From assembly GCA_018652955.1 (NCBI GenBank), contig JABIBA010000013.1, positions 232,121 to 296,120 of the forward strand: a stretch of 64,000 nucleotides of DNA. Reading direction: 5' to 3'. The DNA is from Candidatus Peribacter sp. (GTDB lineage: Bacteria; Patescibacteriota; Gracilibacteria; Peribacterales; Peribacteraceae). Shown here one piece after another: positions 19,537 to 30,128 of the stretch; position 1 is the first letter of the stretch; each line of letters begins with the position of its first letter. Both the position numbers and the translations under genes were made by a program. The notes beneath the pieces are model-generated. The model was not told the origin of the DNA and made no database searches. It saw nothing but the letters and a program-made list of their open reading frames with translations.

Positions 19537-20337
19537 ATGAAAAAGTCCGTAGTAGCACTTTCAGTTCTCGCAATAACATTGACCGCTTGTGGCCACACTG
19601 GTGGTACAGGAAAAGAGGAAGCAAAATCTAAATCTCAGAAAGAGCAGCAGATGGCAGCAAACAGTTTTGTCGGAGATTATCAGGCATACGAAGCTTCTGT
19701 CGTTGGAAACGGAGAGAGTAGTGTGCTCTTCTTCTTTGCGGCTTGGTGTCCTACTTGCCAAGACAAAGATTCAAATCTTCATGATTGGTACTCTTCTGCT
19801 GAATTTCCAGTAAAGACATACCGTGCAGACTTTGATACTGAGGATGCTCTTAAAAAGAGATACGGTATCACTATGCAAGATACATTTGTGCTGATTGATG
19901 GAACAGGAAAGATCATTAAGAAAGAGGTCGCTCCTTCACTCTCTGAGCTTAAGAGGTTGTTGTACCAAAATGTAGATGAAGCTCAGGCAAAAGACTCTGT
20001 AAAAGAAGTAGTAGCAGAGATTCCACAGGTTGCATCAGAAGGTTCTTACTCTCAGTACGCACCTGGAGTTATTGGTAACGGAAAGCAATCAGTTCTTTTC
20101 TTTCATGCAACATGGTGTCCTAAGTGCAAAGAGAATGATGGTCGTCTAAAAGACTTCTATGGATCTGCTGATTTCCCTCGCTCTGTGTACAAGATCGATT
20201 ACGATGCAGCGACAGATCTTAAATCTCAGTATGGAATTACAGGACAAGATACCTTTGTTCTTATTGATGAGAATGGAAAAGAGATCAAGCGCGTACGATT
20301 TCCTTCAAAGGATGCACTTCGTGACCTTTTGGGTTAA
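19537..20337 (+). CDS. lipoprotein with two tandem thioredoxin domains
   Basis: Lipobox LTAC; WCPTC and WCPKC; internal duplication. Confidence 0.85.
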   Translation: MKKSVVALSVLAITLTACGHTGGTGKEEAKSKSQKEQQMAANSFVGDYQAYEASVVGNGESSVLFFFAAWCPTCQDKDSNLHDWYSSAEFPVKTYRADFDTEDALKKRYGITMQDTFVLIDGTGKIIKKEVAPSLSELKRLLYQNVDEAQAKDSVKEVVAEIPQVASEGSYSQYAPGVIGNGKQSVLFFHATWCPKCKENDGRLKDFYGSADFPRSVYKIDYDAATDLKSQYGITGQDTFVLIDENGKEIKRVRFPSKDALRDLLG

Positions 20338-20355
20338 AGCCGCTACTCTACTTTT

Positions 20356-21213
20356 ATGACAAGTCTTTATATTACGATGTTTGCAGCGGGAATGCTGACG
20401 ATCTTGCTGCCGTGCATCTTGCCTCTTGTGCCAATAGTACTAGGTGTAAGTATTGCAGGGCGCAGTAAATGGCGACCGCTCTTTACGATTGCAGGAATGC
20501 TCGTGAGCTTTGTAGGATTTACGTTCTTACTGACGCTTGTCTTAAATCAATTTGTAGAACTTGCAGATTACATTCGCATCTCTACCTACTACGTCTTACT
20601 GCTATTTGGATTTGGTTTTATAACACACAACAAGACACTGCAACTTACGGGTGCGGTTCTCGGTGGATTTTTCTACTACGAACACGGATGGATAATAATG
20701 ACTATCGCGCAGACTATCGGAGCTACTCTCATGGAAGTTGGTGGATGGGTCGCTACGCGTATTCAACAGCTCGGTTCTAACGTTCAGCAAAAAGCAGTAG
20801 GGGAGCTTGGACAAGACAATCCCATCACTGCATTTCTTATCGGACTGACTATGGGTCTTGTATGGGTACCTTGTGCAGGTCCGGCACTTGGCTTTGCTCT
20901 TACTCTTGTTCAAGAACAACCAGGTCTCGAGGCAGCTGCATTACTGCTTACGTATGGACTAGGTACTGCAGTCCCGCTGCTTCTTATTGGATACGGAGGA
21001 CAGGCTGCAATGCATTCTTCTCGAGCACTCTCGAAGTATTCAGGACGCATCAAGCAGATCTCTGGAGGTATTCTCATCGTTACAGCACTTGCACTGAATT
21101 ATCACTGGCTCCGTGCCTTAGAGACATATCTTGTCTCTAATACTTCTTTTGGAAATATTGGTGTAGAGCTAGAGGAGAAGTTGTTTGGAGAAGAGATAGT
21201 GGTGCCAGAATAA
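20356..21213 (+). CDS. CcdA/DsbD-family transmembrane electron transporter
   Basis: LLPCILPLVP and WVPCAGP motifs; multiple TMs. Confidence 0.88.
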   Translation: MTSLYITMFAAGMLTILLPCILPLVPIVLGVSIAGRSKWRPLFTIAGMLVSFVGFTFLLTLVLNQFVELADYIRISTYYVLLLFGFGFITHNKTLQLTGAVLGGFFYYEHGWIIMTIAQTIGATLMEVGGWVATRIQQLGSNVQQKAVGELGQDNPITAFLIGLTMGLVWVPCAGPALGFALTLVQEQPGLEAAALLLTYGLGTAVPLLLIGYGGQAAMHSSRALSKYSGRIKQISGGILIVTALALNYHWLRALETYLVSNTSFGNIGVELEEKLFGEEIVVPE

Positions 21214-21232
21214 TCTGCTATAGTGCTCTCCT

Positions 21233-22063
21233 ATGAACACAGCAGACCTCCAGTACCTAAAACTCCTCAAGTCCGTTATGGATGATGGGTCTACAAAAGA
21301 TGATCGTACAGGGACTGGTACTGTTAGTATCTTTGGTGCACAGATGCGGTTTAACTTACAAGAAGGCTTCCCATTACTTACAACCAAGAAGGTGCACATG
21401 CGGTCGATAGTGCATGAGCTTTTGTGGTTTCTTAAAGGCGATACGAACATCAAGTACCTTCAAGACAATGGCGTAAAGATCTGGGACGAATGGGCTACTC
21501 CTGAGGGAGACCTTGGTCCTGTATATGGAAAGCAGTGGAGAGATTTCTCTGGAGTGGATCAGATCTCTTGGGTGATTGATGAGATCAAAAGAAATCCTAC
21601 GTCACGTAGGCTCATTGTCTCTGCATGGAATCCATCTGTATTGCCAGATATTTCTATTGCTCCAGATCAAAACGCAGCAGCAGGAAAGATGGCTTTGCCA
21701 CCGTGTCACTGCCTTTTTCAGTTTTATGTTCTCGACGGTAAGTTAAGCTGCCAATTGTATCAACGCAGTGCAGATATCTTCTTGGGTGTGCCGTTTAACA
21801 TTGCATCGTATGCGTTGCTTACACATATGATGGCACAAGTGTGCGACCTTGAAGTTGGAGACTTTGTACATACGTTCGGAGACCTTCATCTCTACAGTAA
21901 TCACATGCAGCAGGCACTTACACAACTTGAACGAACACCAAAGGCATTACCTACACTTAAGCTTAACCCTGATGTTACAGATCTCTTTGCGTATTCCTAT
22001 GAAGACATCGAAGTGTGTGATTACGACCCGCACCCTGGGATAAAAGCACCAATAGCTGTATAG
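21233..22063 (+). CDS. thyA: thymidylate synthase
   Basis: [35 protein letters not shown]. Confidence 0.98.
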   Translation: MNTADLQYLKLLKSVMDDGSTKDDRTGTGTVSIFGAQMRFNLQEGFPLLTTKKVHMRSIVHELLWFLKGDTNIKYLQDNGVKIWDEWATPEGDLGPVYGKQWRDFSGVDQISWVIDEIKRNPTSRRLIVSAWNPSVLPDISIAPDQNAAAGKMALPPCHCLFQFYVLDGKLSCQLYQRSADIFLGVPFNIASYALLTHMMAQVCDLEVGDFVHTFGDLHLYSNHMQQALTQLERTPKALPTLKLNPDVTDLFAYSYEDIEVCDYDPHPGIKAPIAV

Positions 22064-22070
22064 TCTGCGC

Positions 22071-22601
22071 ATGCGCATTAGCATTATAGTTGCGGCATCA
22101 GAAAATAATGTAATTGGTCGAGACAATAGTATCCCGTGGCATTTGCCTGATGATTTGAAATATTTCAAAAAAAAGACAGAGCGACATCCAGTTATTATGG
22201 GGCGAAAGAACTTTGAATCGATCGTAGCTGCTCTCGGTAAGCCACTTCCCAATCGTGACAATATTATTGTGACACGTGATGGGGCATATACAGCTGCTGG
22301 CTGTCAGGTGTCATCTTCTTTGGAAGAGGCAATCATGTACGGGCATAAAGATAATGATAAAGAAGAGATATTTATCATTGGAGGAGGAGAAATTTACAAA
22401 CAAGCCATGGACCTTTGTAACTACATTTACCTCACACGGATTCATGCGTGGATAGCAGGGGATATTACTTTTCCAGAAGTAGACCCGCAGGTATGGGAAG
22501 AAGTAGAAAGAGAGGAGCACCCAGCAGATATCAAGCACAAGTTTGGATTCACATATCTGACATATAAGCGCAAAAATAGACTACATTTCGAAGATCAGTA
22601 G
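22071..22601 (+). CDS. folA: dihydrofolate reductase
   Basis: IPWHLPDDLKYFK, IMGRKNFES, PLPNR, IIGGGEIY. Confidence 0.96.
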   Translation: MRISIIVAASENNVIGRDNSIPWHLPDDLKYFKKKTERHPVIMGRKNFESIVAALGKPLPNRDNIIVTRDGAYTAAGCQVSSSLEEAIMYGHKDNDKEEIFIIGGGEIYKQAMDLCNYIYLTRIHAWIAGDITFPEVDPQVWEEVEREEHPADIKHKFGFTYLTYKRKNRLHFEDQ

Positions 22602-22720
22602 CATCGAGATTTTGGCTTAAATAAGCCATTAATTAGTATAGTATCTACTTCGATCCTTGTTTCGGGTGCGCTAGTTTTGTCAGTGCTCTTTACTGTGCAC
22701 AACAACTTCCCCCCAGCATT

Positions 22721-23425
22721 ATGAGCAGCTTAGAAACAGAAGAGATCATTGTAGAAGGAGCGATAGAGGAAACCCAAGAAGCAACGGGTACTGTCACTGC
22801 AACAGAGTTCCAAAATCAGGTTGAGCAACGTGTCGAGGCAACGACTTCTACACTGCAAAATGAATTCGGAGATGCTGCAGATGATCTTATCGGAGATGTC
22901 ACTATTACCATGTCGACATGGAAGCAGAGTATGAATGATTTGGTAGGACCAGACTCGGTAGGCGACACAGAAGAAGAAGGCGCAGCTGCATACGTAGAGA
23001 GAGCCAGTAAAAAGAAGGTAACGAGCAAACAGGCTACAGATTTACACGTAGAAGATCGTCCATACTGGGAGCGAGTAAAAGAGCACGAAGAGGTGCATCA
23101 GTTTGATCAAGCAACGGATTACAGTGCACAGACGGTAACCTACATGGATGACTCAAATCAGATGCAAGAGGTCACAGTTGTAGGAGACCTAACGGAATGG
23201 CAGGCAATAACAGTTCCAGATCAGCCAGATAGCGACTTAACTACTGGGTACATAGAACACAAAGCCAATGGGAATGCGGTAGCGGAAATAGCTGGTGAAG
23301 GCGCTGTGACCAGCACACTTGCTTCTGGAGACGTAGAGTCTTTACAGCGAACGATCATCGAAAAGCAGCATGACCAGATGGTAGAACTTGTGCTTGCTGG
23401 TGAAAGCTTAACCGACGAGTCGTAA
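22721..23425 (+). CDS. acidic hypothetical protein with HExxH motif
   Basis: KEHEEVHQ followed by LTEW; very acidic; no signal peptide. Confidence 0.6.
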   Translation: MSSLETEEIIVEGAIEETQEATGTVTATEFQNQVEQRVEATTSTLQNEFGDAADDLIGDVTITMSTWKQSMNDLVGPDSVGDTEEEGAAAYVERASKKKVTSKQATDLHVEDRPYWERVKEHEEVHQFDQATDYSAQTVTYMDDSNQMQEVTVVGDLTEWQAITVPDQPDSDLTTGYIEHKANGNAVAEIAGEGAVTSTLASGDVESLQRTIIEKQHDQMVELVLAGESLTDES

Positions 23426-23947
23426 AAACTCTTCACGCGTCTTCGGGTCCTTCTTTATAAGACCTTTAACAGCAGAGGTAATACAGCTTGAGTGCTGCTT
23501 CTCTACTCCTCGCATCATCATACAGAAGTGTTCTGCCTCTATAATAACGCCGATACCTTTGGGCTTAAGTGTCTCATCTATAGCATCACAGATCTGTTGA
23601 GTAAGCCGCTCTTGTGTCTGGAGCCTGCGGGCGAACATATCAACTATGCGGGCAACCTTAGAGAGTCCTAAGATATGTTGATCTGGGACATAGGCGACGT
23701 GTACTTTTCCTGTAAAAGGGAGGAGGTGATGCTCGCAGAGGCTGTAGCATTCAATATCCTTAACAATCACCATTCCGTCTGTCTCTGCGTCAAATAGTGC
23801 TCCATTTACCAATGTTTCTAGATCTTGGTCATAACCTACTGTTAGGTCTTTCATAGCCTCAGCCCAGCGCTTAGGGGTCTTTATAAGGCCCTCACGCGAA
23901 GGATCTTCGCCGATCTCTTTAAGCACATGAGCAATAGCATCTTCCAT
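23408..23947 (-). CDS. folE: GTP cyclohydrolase I
   Basis: [45 protein letters not shown]. Confidence 0.97.
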   Translation of the reverse strand: MEDAIAHVLKEIGEDPSREGLIKTPKRWAEAMKDLTVGYDQDLETLVNGALFDAETDGMVIVKDIECYSLCEHHLLPFTGKVHVAYVPDQHILGLSKVARIVDMFARRLQTQERLTQQICDAIDETLKPKGIGVIIEAEHFCMMMRGVEKQHSSCITSAVKGLIKKDPKTREEFLRLVG

Positions 23948-24002
23948 AGAACCATATTATATGGTCACAAGAAGATGTATTACACTCTATTAAGAGACTT
24001 TC

Positions 24003-24971
24003 TTACGCTAATGCTGGATCTCCTTCTATCAAACGAGCACTTGGATCACTAGATCTAATTGGTGTTTCGAATCGAACTGTACGAATATTACGCTTAGCTA
24101 GTGCTACATTCATAGCATTAACACGATACGTAGGATCTGCAGGAGTTCTTGATTTTGATTGCTTAATATATTTTCTATACTGTGTCATGATCTCTTTTTG
24201 CTGTATTGGATTTAGAACCCCAAAGTCAGGAGGAGTCTCACCCAATTTGTAGGTCATGAGTCGTGCAGTTCCATCGGGTGTGTTAGTAACACGGTACTGT
24301 GATCCCTTTTCAGCAAGCCGCTTATTGTATTTTACAATACGCTCTTGCTTAAAGGCACGTACATTTGCATAGGCTCTTGATGGAATAATATCTGGATTAA
24401 CACTTCTTTTTCGTAGAACTTTTGCTAAACGAGCAAGTCCTGCATTCATCTCTTTTGTATACTCGGTTGTCATGCTACGAATAAGAGCAGTATCTTCTGC
24501 CTCACTTAACCTTGGACCTGATGCTGCCCTTTTTTGTGCAGTTGCGGGTTGTGCTAGATTTACCGTTACATTGTTCTGATTTGTGTTGGTATTCACATTA
24601 ATATTTCCTGCCCCTACTCCGCCTCCTGTTCCACCAGGAGTTCCCATTATTTCTTCATATACTTCGTCTGACTTGCTTTCATCTGTCTTTTTAGATTCTT
24701 CTTCTTTCTTTTCTCGCCCCTCTTTTTTTGCAGCTTTTTCTTTTTCTGTTTTCTTTAGTAATGCTTCTATCCTCTTTTTTTCTTCGATACGACTTTTCGG
24801 AGACTCTTCTGCTCTCCCCCACTTTCTTAAGGTCTGCAACTTATCCAACTCTTTTTGAGAATACTTTTTTCCTCTTGCATTATCCATATTGGATTCCTTC
24901 TTTTCAGAGGCGGCACCCTTTTTGTCTTCTGGCCCTTTAAAGAATTTCATTACTCCTCCGAAATTTCCCAT
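24003..24971 (-). CDS. hypothetical Lys/Glu-rich protein
   Basis: 322 aa; charged N-half, Gly-rich and Asn/Thr-rich linker. Confidence 0.6.
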   Translation of the reverse strand: MGNFGGVMKFFKGPEDKKGAASEKKESNMDNARGKKYSQKELDKLQTLRKWGRAEESPKSRIEEKKRIEALLKKTEKEKAAKKEGREKKEEESKKTDESKSDEVYEEIMGTPGGTGGGVGAGNINVNTNTNQNNVTVNLAQPATAQKRAASGPRLSEAEDTALIRSMTTEYTKEMNAGLARLAKVLRKRSVNPDIIPSRAYANVRAFKQERIVKYNKRLAEKGSQYRVTNTPDGTARLMTYKLGETPPDFGVLNPIQQKEIMTQYRKYIKQSKSRTPADPTYRVNAMNVALAKRNIRTVRFETPIRSSDPSARLIEGDPALA

Positions 24972-25035
24972 AATAATTTGTGTGTAGTATGTATTTATAT
25001 TTATTGTACCACATTTTCATAATAATAGCAATTCC

Positions 25036-25485
25036 CTACATATGCATCTCTATAGTTTCACAGTGTTGATCTAGAGTTTTTTGGAGCTGCTCTTTCCAAG
25101 AATTATCAAGCTCACAGAGGGGTTCAAGGACAAATCTGCGTTCTTGCATTCTTGGGTGGGGGATGGTCAGGTTTGGGGTATCAATCTCGATGTCATCGTA
25201 AAGCAAGATGTCTAGATCTATGGTTCTAGGGCCTTTTTCGTAAGGAGGGTTTTTCTTCTGATCTTCCTCTATAGATTTTAATGCGTAGTGTACTTCTTCT
25301 GGAGATTCATCAGTTTCGATCTTTGCGACTGCATTATAAAAATCATCTTGGTCTACAGCATCGCGTGCTGCGGTCTTGTAGACAGAAGAGAAAGTAATAT
25401 ACGGGAAGTCATCACGTAAAGCTCTTGCGCACATCTGCATGTTTTCTACTGCGTTTATATTGCTGCCAATACCGATATAACACAT
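25036..25485 (-). CDS. folK: 2-amino-4-hydroxy-6-hydroxymethyldihydropteridine diphosphokinase
   Basis: YIGIGSN, FYNAV, GPRTIDLDILLY, IPHPRMQERRFVLEPL. Confidence 0.95.
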   Translation of the reverse strand: MCYIGIGSNINAVENMQMCARALRDDFPYITFSSVYKTAARDAVDQDDFYNAVAKIETDESPEEVHYALKSIEEDQKKNPPYEKGPRTIDLDILLYDDIEIDTPNLTIPHPRMQERRFVLEPLCELDNSWKEQLQKTLDQHCETIEMHM

Positions 25486-25487
25486 TG

Positions 25488-25829
25488 CTATGGCCGCATG
25501 ATGGTAACGGATACTCCTTCTGTATCTGGGAGGATAAATTTCCATACTGTGACAATTACACGATCTGGTTGAAAGTCTTTTAGCACCATCTGAGCAGTAT
25601 CTTCTGCAAACTTCTCAATGGTATTGCGTTCCGTGCCCCCTAAGGCTTTTACAGACTCAGCAACTGCTGCGTAGTCTATGGTGTCTTGTACGTCGTCACT
25701 TTTACAGACTGCAGAAAGATCTGTTTCTATATCGATAGAAACTTTAAGTGTCTGCACAGAAGAACGCTCCTCTTCTGTTATTCCGATAGAGGTTGGGACT
25801 TCGAGGTTATGTATAAAAATGCTAGCCAT
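25488..25829 (-). CDS. folB: dihydroneopterin aldolase
   Basis: IGITEEER, SDDVQDTIDY, TIEKFAE; adjacent to folK. Confidence 0.92.
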   Translation of the reverse strand: MASIFIHNLEVPTSIGITEEERSSVQTLKVSIDIETDLSAVCKSDDVQDTIDYAAVAESVKALGGTERNTIEKFAEDTAQMVLKDFQPDRVIVTVWKFILPDTEGVSVTIMRP

Positions 25830-25841
25830 AGGTGCAGTGTA

Positions 25842-27677
25842 TCAATTTGTCTTAAAGAATGGCTCCATAATCTTTCGTTTCGCAGGACTACCATCAAGAG
25901 GTATTTTTAGTTGTTGCTTGTTGATATGCCTAAAAGAGGTAGTGCGTACAGATGTAGGTTGTGCATCTAATACATATTCTTGGTTTACTACTCTTTGTTC
26001 AATTTTCATGCGTCTCTCTTTATGTGCCATTTCCTTACCGTCGTTATCGAGAAACTGAATAGCAATATCATCGGCCATTCCATACGTAAATGTATCTGAA
26101 GCATGAGGAGTTGCAGGCCACGGTAATGCACGTTCATATGCTCCGATACGTACGTTTGCAATAACCTTTTTGGTCTTTGGATCTTCGGTAAGTGTAATAG
26201 CGAAATCATGAGGACCATTATCATTAAAATGTGCCATTCCATCCTTTACCTTTATCTGTTGCGTTAACGGAAACTGCGCTATCCAGGCTTCGATAGTTAG
26301 GTTTCCTGCATCTTTTGGATCTGGTGCTTTCGCCATTTGGGATCTTTTAGCAGGGACTCCACTGGAGTGTTTAAACTTCCATTTTGGCTTTTGCCCAATT
26401 GCTACATTTGCCTCTTTTGTATTTAGTCCTGTGCCAGTAGCGGAATCGAGTTGGACAAAGGTGTAACTAGGATCTGGCAGTAGCTCTATGGTATCTGCCC
26501 CCTCTTTGCTTGGAGTAACGACGGCGATCATTCCATCAAGCGGGAGTATCGTCTTTCTGTGTTCTTTATCCTGATAATTTAGGACTACTCTATGCGGATG
26601 ACCATCCATTGCAGGATACGTATTTGTCTTGTGGCATATTTGGGCAATGATATCTGTATAGCTTCTGGAACCACGAGTAAGATCGATAGATACTTTTCCA
26701 AGTGAGCCTGCAAACATAGGGCTCAATCGAATATTTGCTCCCATTAATCTGTGCATATCTCCCATGACACTATCAGCAGATGCTTTTATTGGGGGTAATA
26801 CATACGGTTGCGTTCCAGGAGAGTTAGCAATTTTGTAAATAGTTTCAAGACGTGTGTATGTTTCATAGTCTGCTTTCCTCTTTTCTGGATCTGGTTTGAA
26901 GACTTCGAGGATCACAGGTGGCAAAGGGTTTACATAGCCTCGTAGCTCTGTAATAAGAGTAATTAAGCGTGTGGTGGCCGCTTCTCGTTTGAAGAAATCA
27001 TCATCTTGAAATCCTAGGATTTCACGGCGTATATTTGTTAATAAACTTTTTACCCCTTTATGCTCTTCCCATTTCTGTAGAGATTGTACAGAACCAATGT
27101 CATTGAGAGGTTCGGTAATGTTACTGACATCTGGTGGTCTGTATCTTGGATCTTCTGCTCTGTTGCCTTTGAAGTGTTCGTCTAAGATTCGCCGAGCTCT
27201 TTCTCGGATATGGAAGTTTTTATCCTGTAACCATTTTTCATGGAGTTCTGTAGCTGCTTTTTCAGAAGCAGTATGATTTTTACCCGCAAGCTTTTTTTGC
27301 AGAGCGGTTACCGTTAATTCTCCAATAAGCTTTATGCGTGTGGTATTTATCATCTCGCAATTTGGTCTTTCCTTTTTAAGTCTAGCCTCTAATGCTTCGA
27401 GTGCCTTAAAGCGCACGGCATCATCCTTAGATGATGTCTTTTCTAAAATAGGCATTAAGCTCCTCAGGAAATCATCTTTGATATTACTATAAGGATCATT
27501 CTCTGGCAGTGGCGGTGGTGGCGGAACGGATGGATCTTCTTTAGCTGTGGCAGGTTTTTGTTCTGGCAAAGGCGGCATAAGAGGGTCACCCATAGCTGCT
27601 TCTGCTATAACGAAGCTCCCTAGTGCTACTGCACTTCTTCCGGCTTTACCTAGCCAAGAATCGTTCATACGCTGCAT
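25842..27677 (-). CDS. secreted hypothetical protein with HEAT-like helical repeats
   Basis: Signal-like N-terminus, Pro-rich linker, three repeats of the type DDDFFKREAATTRL. Confidence 0.65.
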   Translation of the reverse strand: MQRMNDSWLGKAGRSAVALGSFVIAEAAMGDPLMPPLPEQKPATAKEDPSVPPPPPLPENDPYSNIKDDFLRSLMPILEKTSSKDDAVRFKALEALEARLKKERPNCEMINTTRIKLIGELTVTALQKKLAGKNHTASEKAATELHEKWLQDKNFHIRERARRILDEHFKGNRAEDPRYRPPDVSNITEPLNDIGSVQSLQKWEEHKGVKSLLTNIRREILGFQDDDFFKREAATTRLITLITELRGYVNPLPPVILEVFKPDPEKRKADYETYTRLETIYKIANSPGTQPYVLPPIKASADSVMGDMHRLMGANIRLSPMFAGSLGKVSIDLTRGSRSYTDIIAQICHKTNTYPAMDGHPHRVVLNYQDKEHRKTILPLDGMIAVVTPSKEGADTIELLPDPSYTFVQLDSATGTGLNTKEANVAIGQKPKWKFKHSSGVPAKRSQMAKAPDPKDAGNLTIEAWIAQFPLTQQIKVKDGMAHFNDNGPHDFAITLTEDPKTKKVIANVRIGAYERALPWPATPHASDTFTYGMADDIAIQFLDNDGKEMAHKERRMKIEQRVVNQEYVLDAQPTSVRTTSFRHINKQQLKIPLDGSPAKRKIMEPFFKTN

Positions 27678-27717
27678 ACTCCATAATTACTCTTTTTGCC
27701 CCCAAACATCAAGGACT

Positions 27718-30126
27718 TTAATAAAAGAGCTTAGTCTTCTCGGCTATTGGCATTGTACTTACTTTGCGTAACAACCATCTGGTAATAACAATCGCTGAGA
27801 ACATCGACATCAAGACTCCCATTCCAAGAGTGATGGCGAATCCACGGACGATAGATGTTCCAATTACGAAGAGAATAGTACAAGTGATAAGCGTAGAGAT
27901 GTTTCCATCACGGATACTTGGCCAAGCTCTAGTAAATCCTGTTTCTGTTGCAGTCTTGAGCATCTTTCCTTTGCGGAGCTCTTCTTTCATACGCTCAAAG
28001 ATCAGCACATTCGCATCTACAGCCATACCAATACTTAGAATGATACCAGCCATACCTGCAAGAGTAAGAACGATGTAGCTACTACTAAAGAGGAAGAGTG
28101 GAAGCTTTAAGATAGCGAAGAATAAAATAGCGTATGCACTAAGGGCAATATCTGCAATGAGTCCTAGCATGCGGTACATCAGTATCATGTACGCCATAAG
28201 GATAAGCATTCCAATAAGGGCTGCCTTTATAGAAGTCCGCAGTGCCTGCGCACCGAGAGTCGCTTCTACTGTGCGTTGTCCTGCGAGGTAAATAGGAGCA
28301 GGGATAGCACCAGTATTAAGGTCTTGTGCGAGGGTGTTTGCCTCATCAAAGTTCTGACTTCCAGTAATCACTGCAGTACCTCCAGAGATCTCTGCTTGTA
28401 CGGTAGGTGCTGAGACCAGTTGTCCACCAACGAAAATAGCGAGTCTCTTACCAATGTTTTCTTTCGTGAGTTCTTGGAAGAGCTTTGCGCCTTCGTCATC
28501 GAATGCAATTTGAACAATAGGAATATTCGTCGTTGGATCTAAAGTAACTGTTGCAGAGCGGAAGTGCTTACCGTCTAAGTATGTGTCTTTCCATCCTGTA
28601 GGAAGGAGAGAGAAGAAGACAGTTCGCAAGAAGACCATGCCTTCGATTGATTCAATTTCTCCACGTTGCAACTTACCAATGAGTTCAATAGAACGGTCTG
28701 TTGCGTCCTCTCCAGAGATAGCAAGAACTTCGTAGCTTGCTGTGTCTTTGTTGAGTGTTGGTACGCGATCTGTTCGGATAATGTGGTATCCGAATTGTGT
28801 TTCTGTTGGAGTAGAAATCGATCCCCTTGTTTGGCTTGCAGCCACTTGTTCAAATACAGGAACCATTGTTCCAATACCGAAAGCACCAAGGCTACCACCA
28901 TCTTTACCAGATGGACCGTCGCTGTATTGACGTGCGAGAGTTTCAAATCGGCTTCCTCCATCGAGCTTTGTCTTAAGTTCGTTTGCGAGAGTTAGAGCTT
29001 CTTCTTTGGATCGCGTTACATCGTCTCCTGCAGAGGATGCTCCTTTGTAAGACACTAGGATGTGACTCGCTTCCATGTCTGTCTGTCCAGGGATGTATTT
29101 TCGAAGGAAGAGAATACCAGAAGTACTATCTTCAAAGTTTACTGCTCTCAACTCTCCAGGCTGCATGCTGCCAAGTGCGTTACGCACAACCTGTGGAACG
29201 CTATCAGCAAGTGTGCGTTCGTCCCATGTGACGTGGTTAATGTTACGGTCACCTGTTTCTAGGATCTCAAATGCCTTAGAAGCTTCGTTCACAAGTCTTC
29301 CAGTCTGCGTACGCGGACGAAGAACTTCTACAAGGAATACACCAGGCACTTCGGTTGTTGTTGGTTGTCCAGCGCTATCTTGTGAGCTTACTTCGATCGA
29401 TGCATCGTATTGCATGATGCCGTTGTTTGGAGTCTTGTTCCATATTCCGTCTAGTCCTTCAGGGAGTTGGTCGCGGAACATACGACGTTCAAAGTTATAA
29501 TGAACACCGATATCAGATCCTAGATCTTCACCGATCTTTTCGAGTGAAACTTCTGGGTCCTTAAGCTGTGCTCGTACTTCTTTTACGTGAGCTCGTACTT
29601 CTGATTCGTATTCATCAGTAGGCTCTGTAAATTCTTCTTTAAATTCTAGCTGGATAGTCTTTCCAACAGTGTTGATACATTCTTGAGTATCTACAACACC
29701 AGGACATTCTACGAGAAGGTGCTTTTCGTTTCCAAAGTATGACGGAGTGATTACCGCTTCACTTACACCCAAAGCGTTAATACGCCTTTCGAGAACAGTG
29801 CGAATAGCTTCGACAACATTTTCATTCTGCTGCTCTACACTTAAAAGCTGGTTTTGTAGTGCGATGATCTTATCACTGCTTGCTCCACGTGCTTCCATTT
29901 GTGCGATCTCTGTTTTAAGAGTTGTGATTTGTTCTAGGATTTCTTTTTCTGAAATACGGAAATCCAACTGTGTACCTCCTGCAAGGTCGAGACCAAAGTG
30001 CAGTGAAGGATTTTTAATAAAACCTGGTGCCCATTGCTTAGCGCTTTGAGGCAGAGCTGTTAGCCCTGCGAACACAGCAATAAGTATTGTAAATGTGGGC
30101 CAAGTGAGAGCGCGATTTCTTTTCAT
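27718..30126 (-). CDS. secD: protein translocase subunit SecD with inserted parvulin-type PPIase
   Basis: GLDLAGG, ERRINALGVSE, LTLAGMAGIILSIGMAVDANVLIFER, IRDGN, VRGFAITL; parvulin motifs at about 28770-29075. Confidence 0.95.
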   Translation of the reverse strand: MKRNRALTWPTFTILIAVFAGLTALPQSAKQWAPGFIKNPSLHFGLDLAGGTQLDFRISEKEILEQITTLKTEIAQMEARGASSDKIIALQNQLLSVEQQNENVVEAIRTVLERRINALGVSEAVITPSYFGNEKHLLVECPGVVDTQECINTVGKTIQLEFKEEFTEPTDEYESEVRAHVKEVRAQLKDPEVSLEKIGEDLGSDIGVHYNFERRMFRDQLPEGLDGIWNKTPNNGIMQYDASIEVSSQDSAGQPTTTEVPGVFLVEVLRPRTQTGRLVNEASKAFEILETGDRNINHVTWDERTLADSVPQVVRNALGSMQPGELRAVNFEDSTSGILFLRKYIPGQTDMEASHILVSYKGASSAGDDVTRSKEEALTLANELKTKLDGGSRFETLARQYSDGPSGKDGGSLGAFGIGTMVPVFEQVAASQTRGSISTPTETQFGYHIIRTDRVPTLNKDTASYEVLAISGEDATDRSIELIGKLQRGEIESIEGMVFLRTVFFSLLPTGWKDTYLDGKHFRSATVTLDPTTNIPIVQIAFDDEGAKLFQELTKENIGKRLAIFVGGQLVSAPTVQAEISGGTAVITGSQNFDEANTLAQDLNTGAIPAPIYLAGQRTVEATLGAQALRTSIKAALIGMLILMAYMILMYRMLGLIADIALSAYAILFFAILKLPLFLFSSSYIVLTLAGMAGIILSIGMAVDANVLIFERMKEELRKGKMLKTATETGFTRAWPSIRDGNISTLITCTILFVIGTSIVRGFAITLGMGVLMSMFSAIVITRWLLRKVSTMPIAEKTKLFY

Positions 30127-30128
30127 AA

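Noticed and set aside
22602-22720. ncRNA or riboswitch after folA
   Set aside because: No convincing stem set or known aptamer motif (e.g. THF) seen by eye
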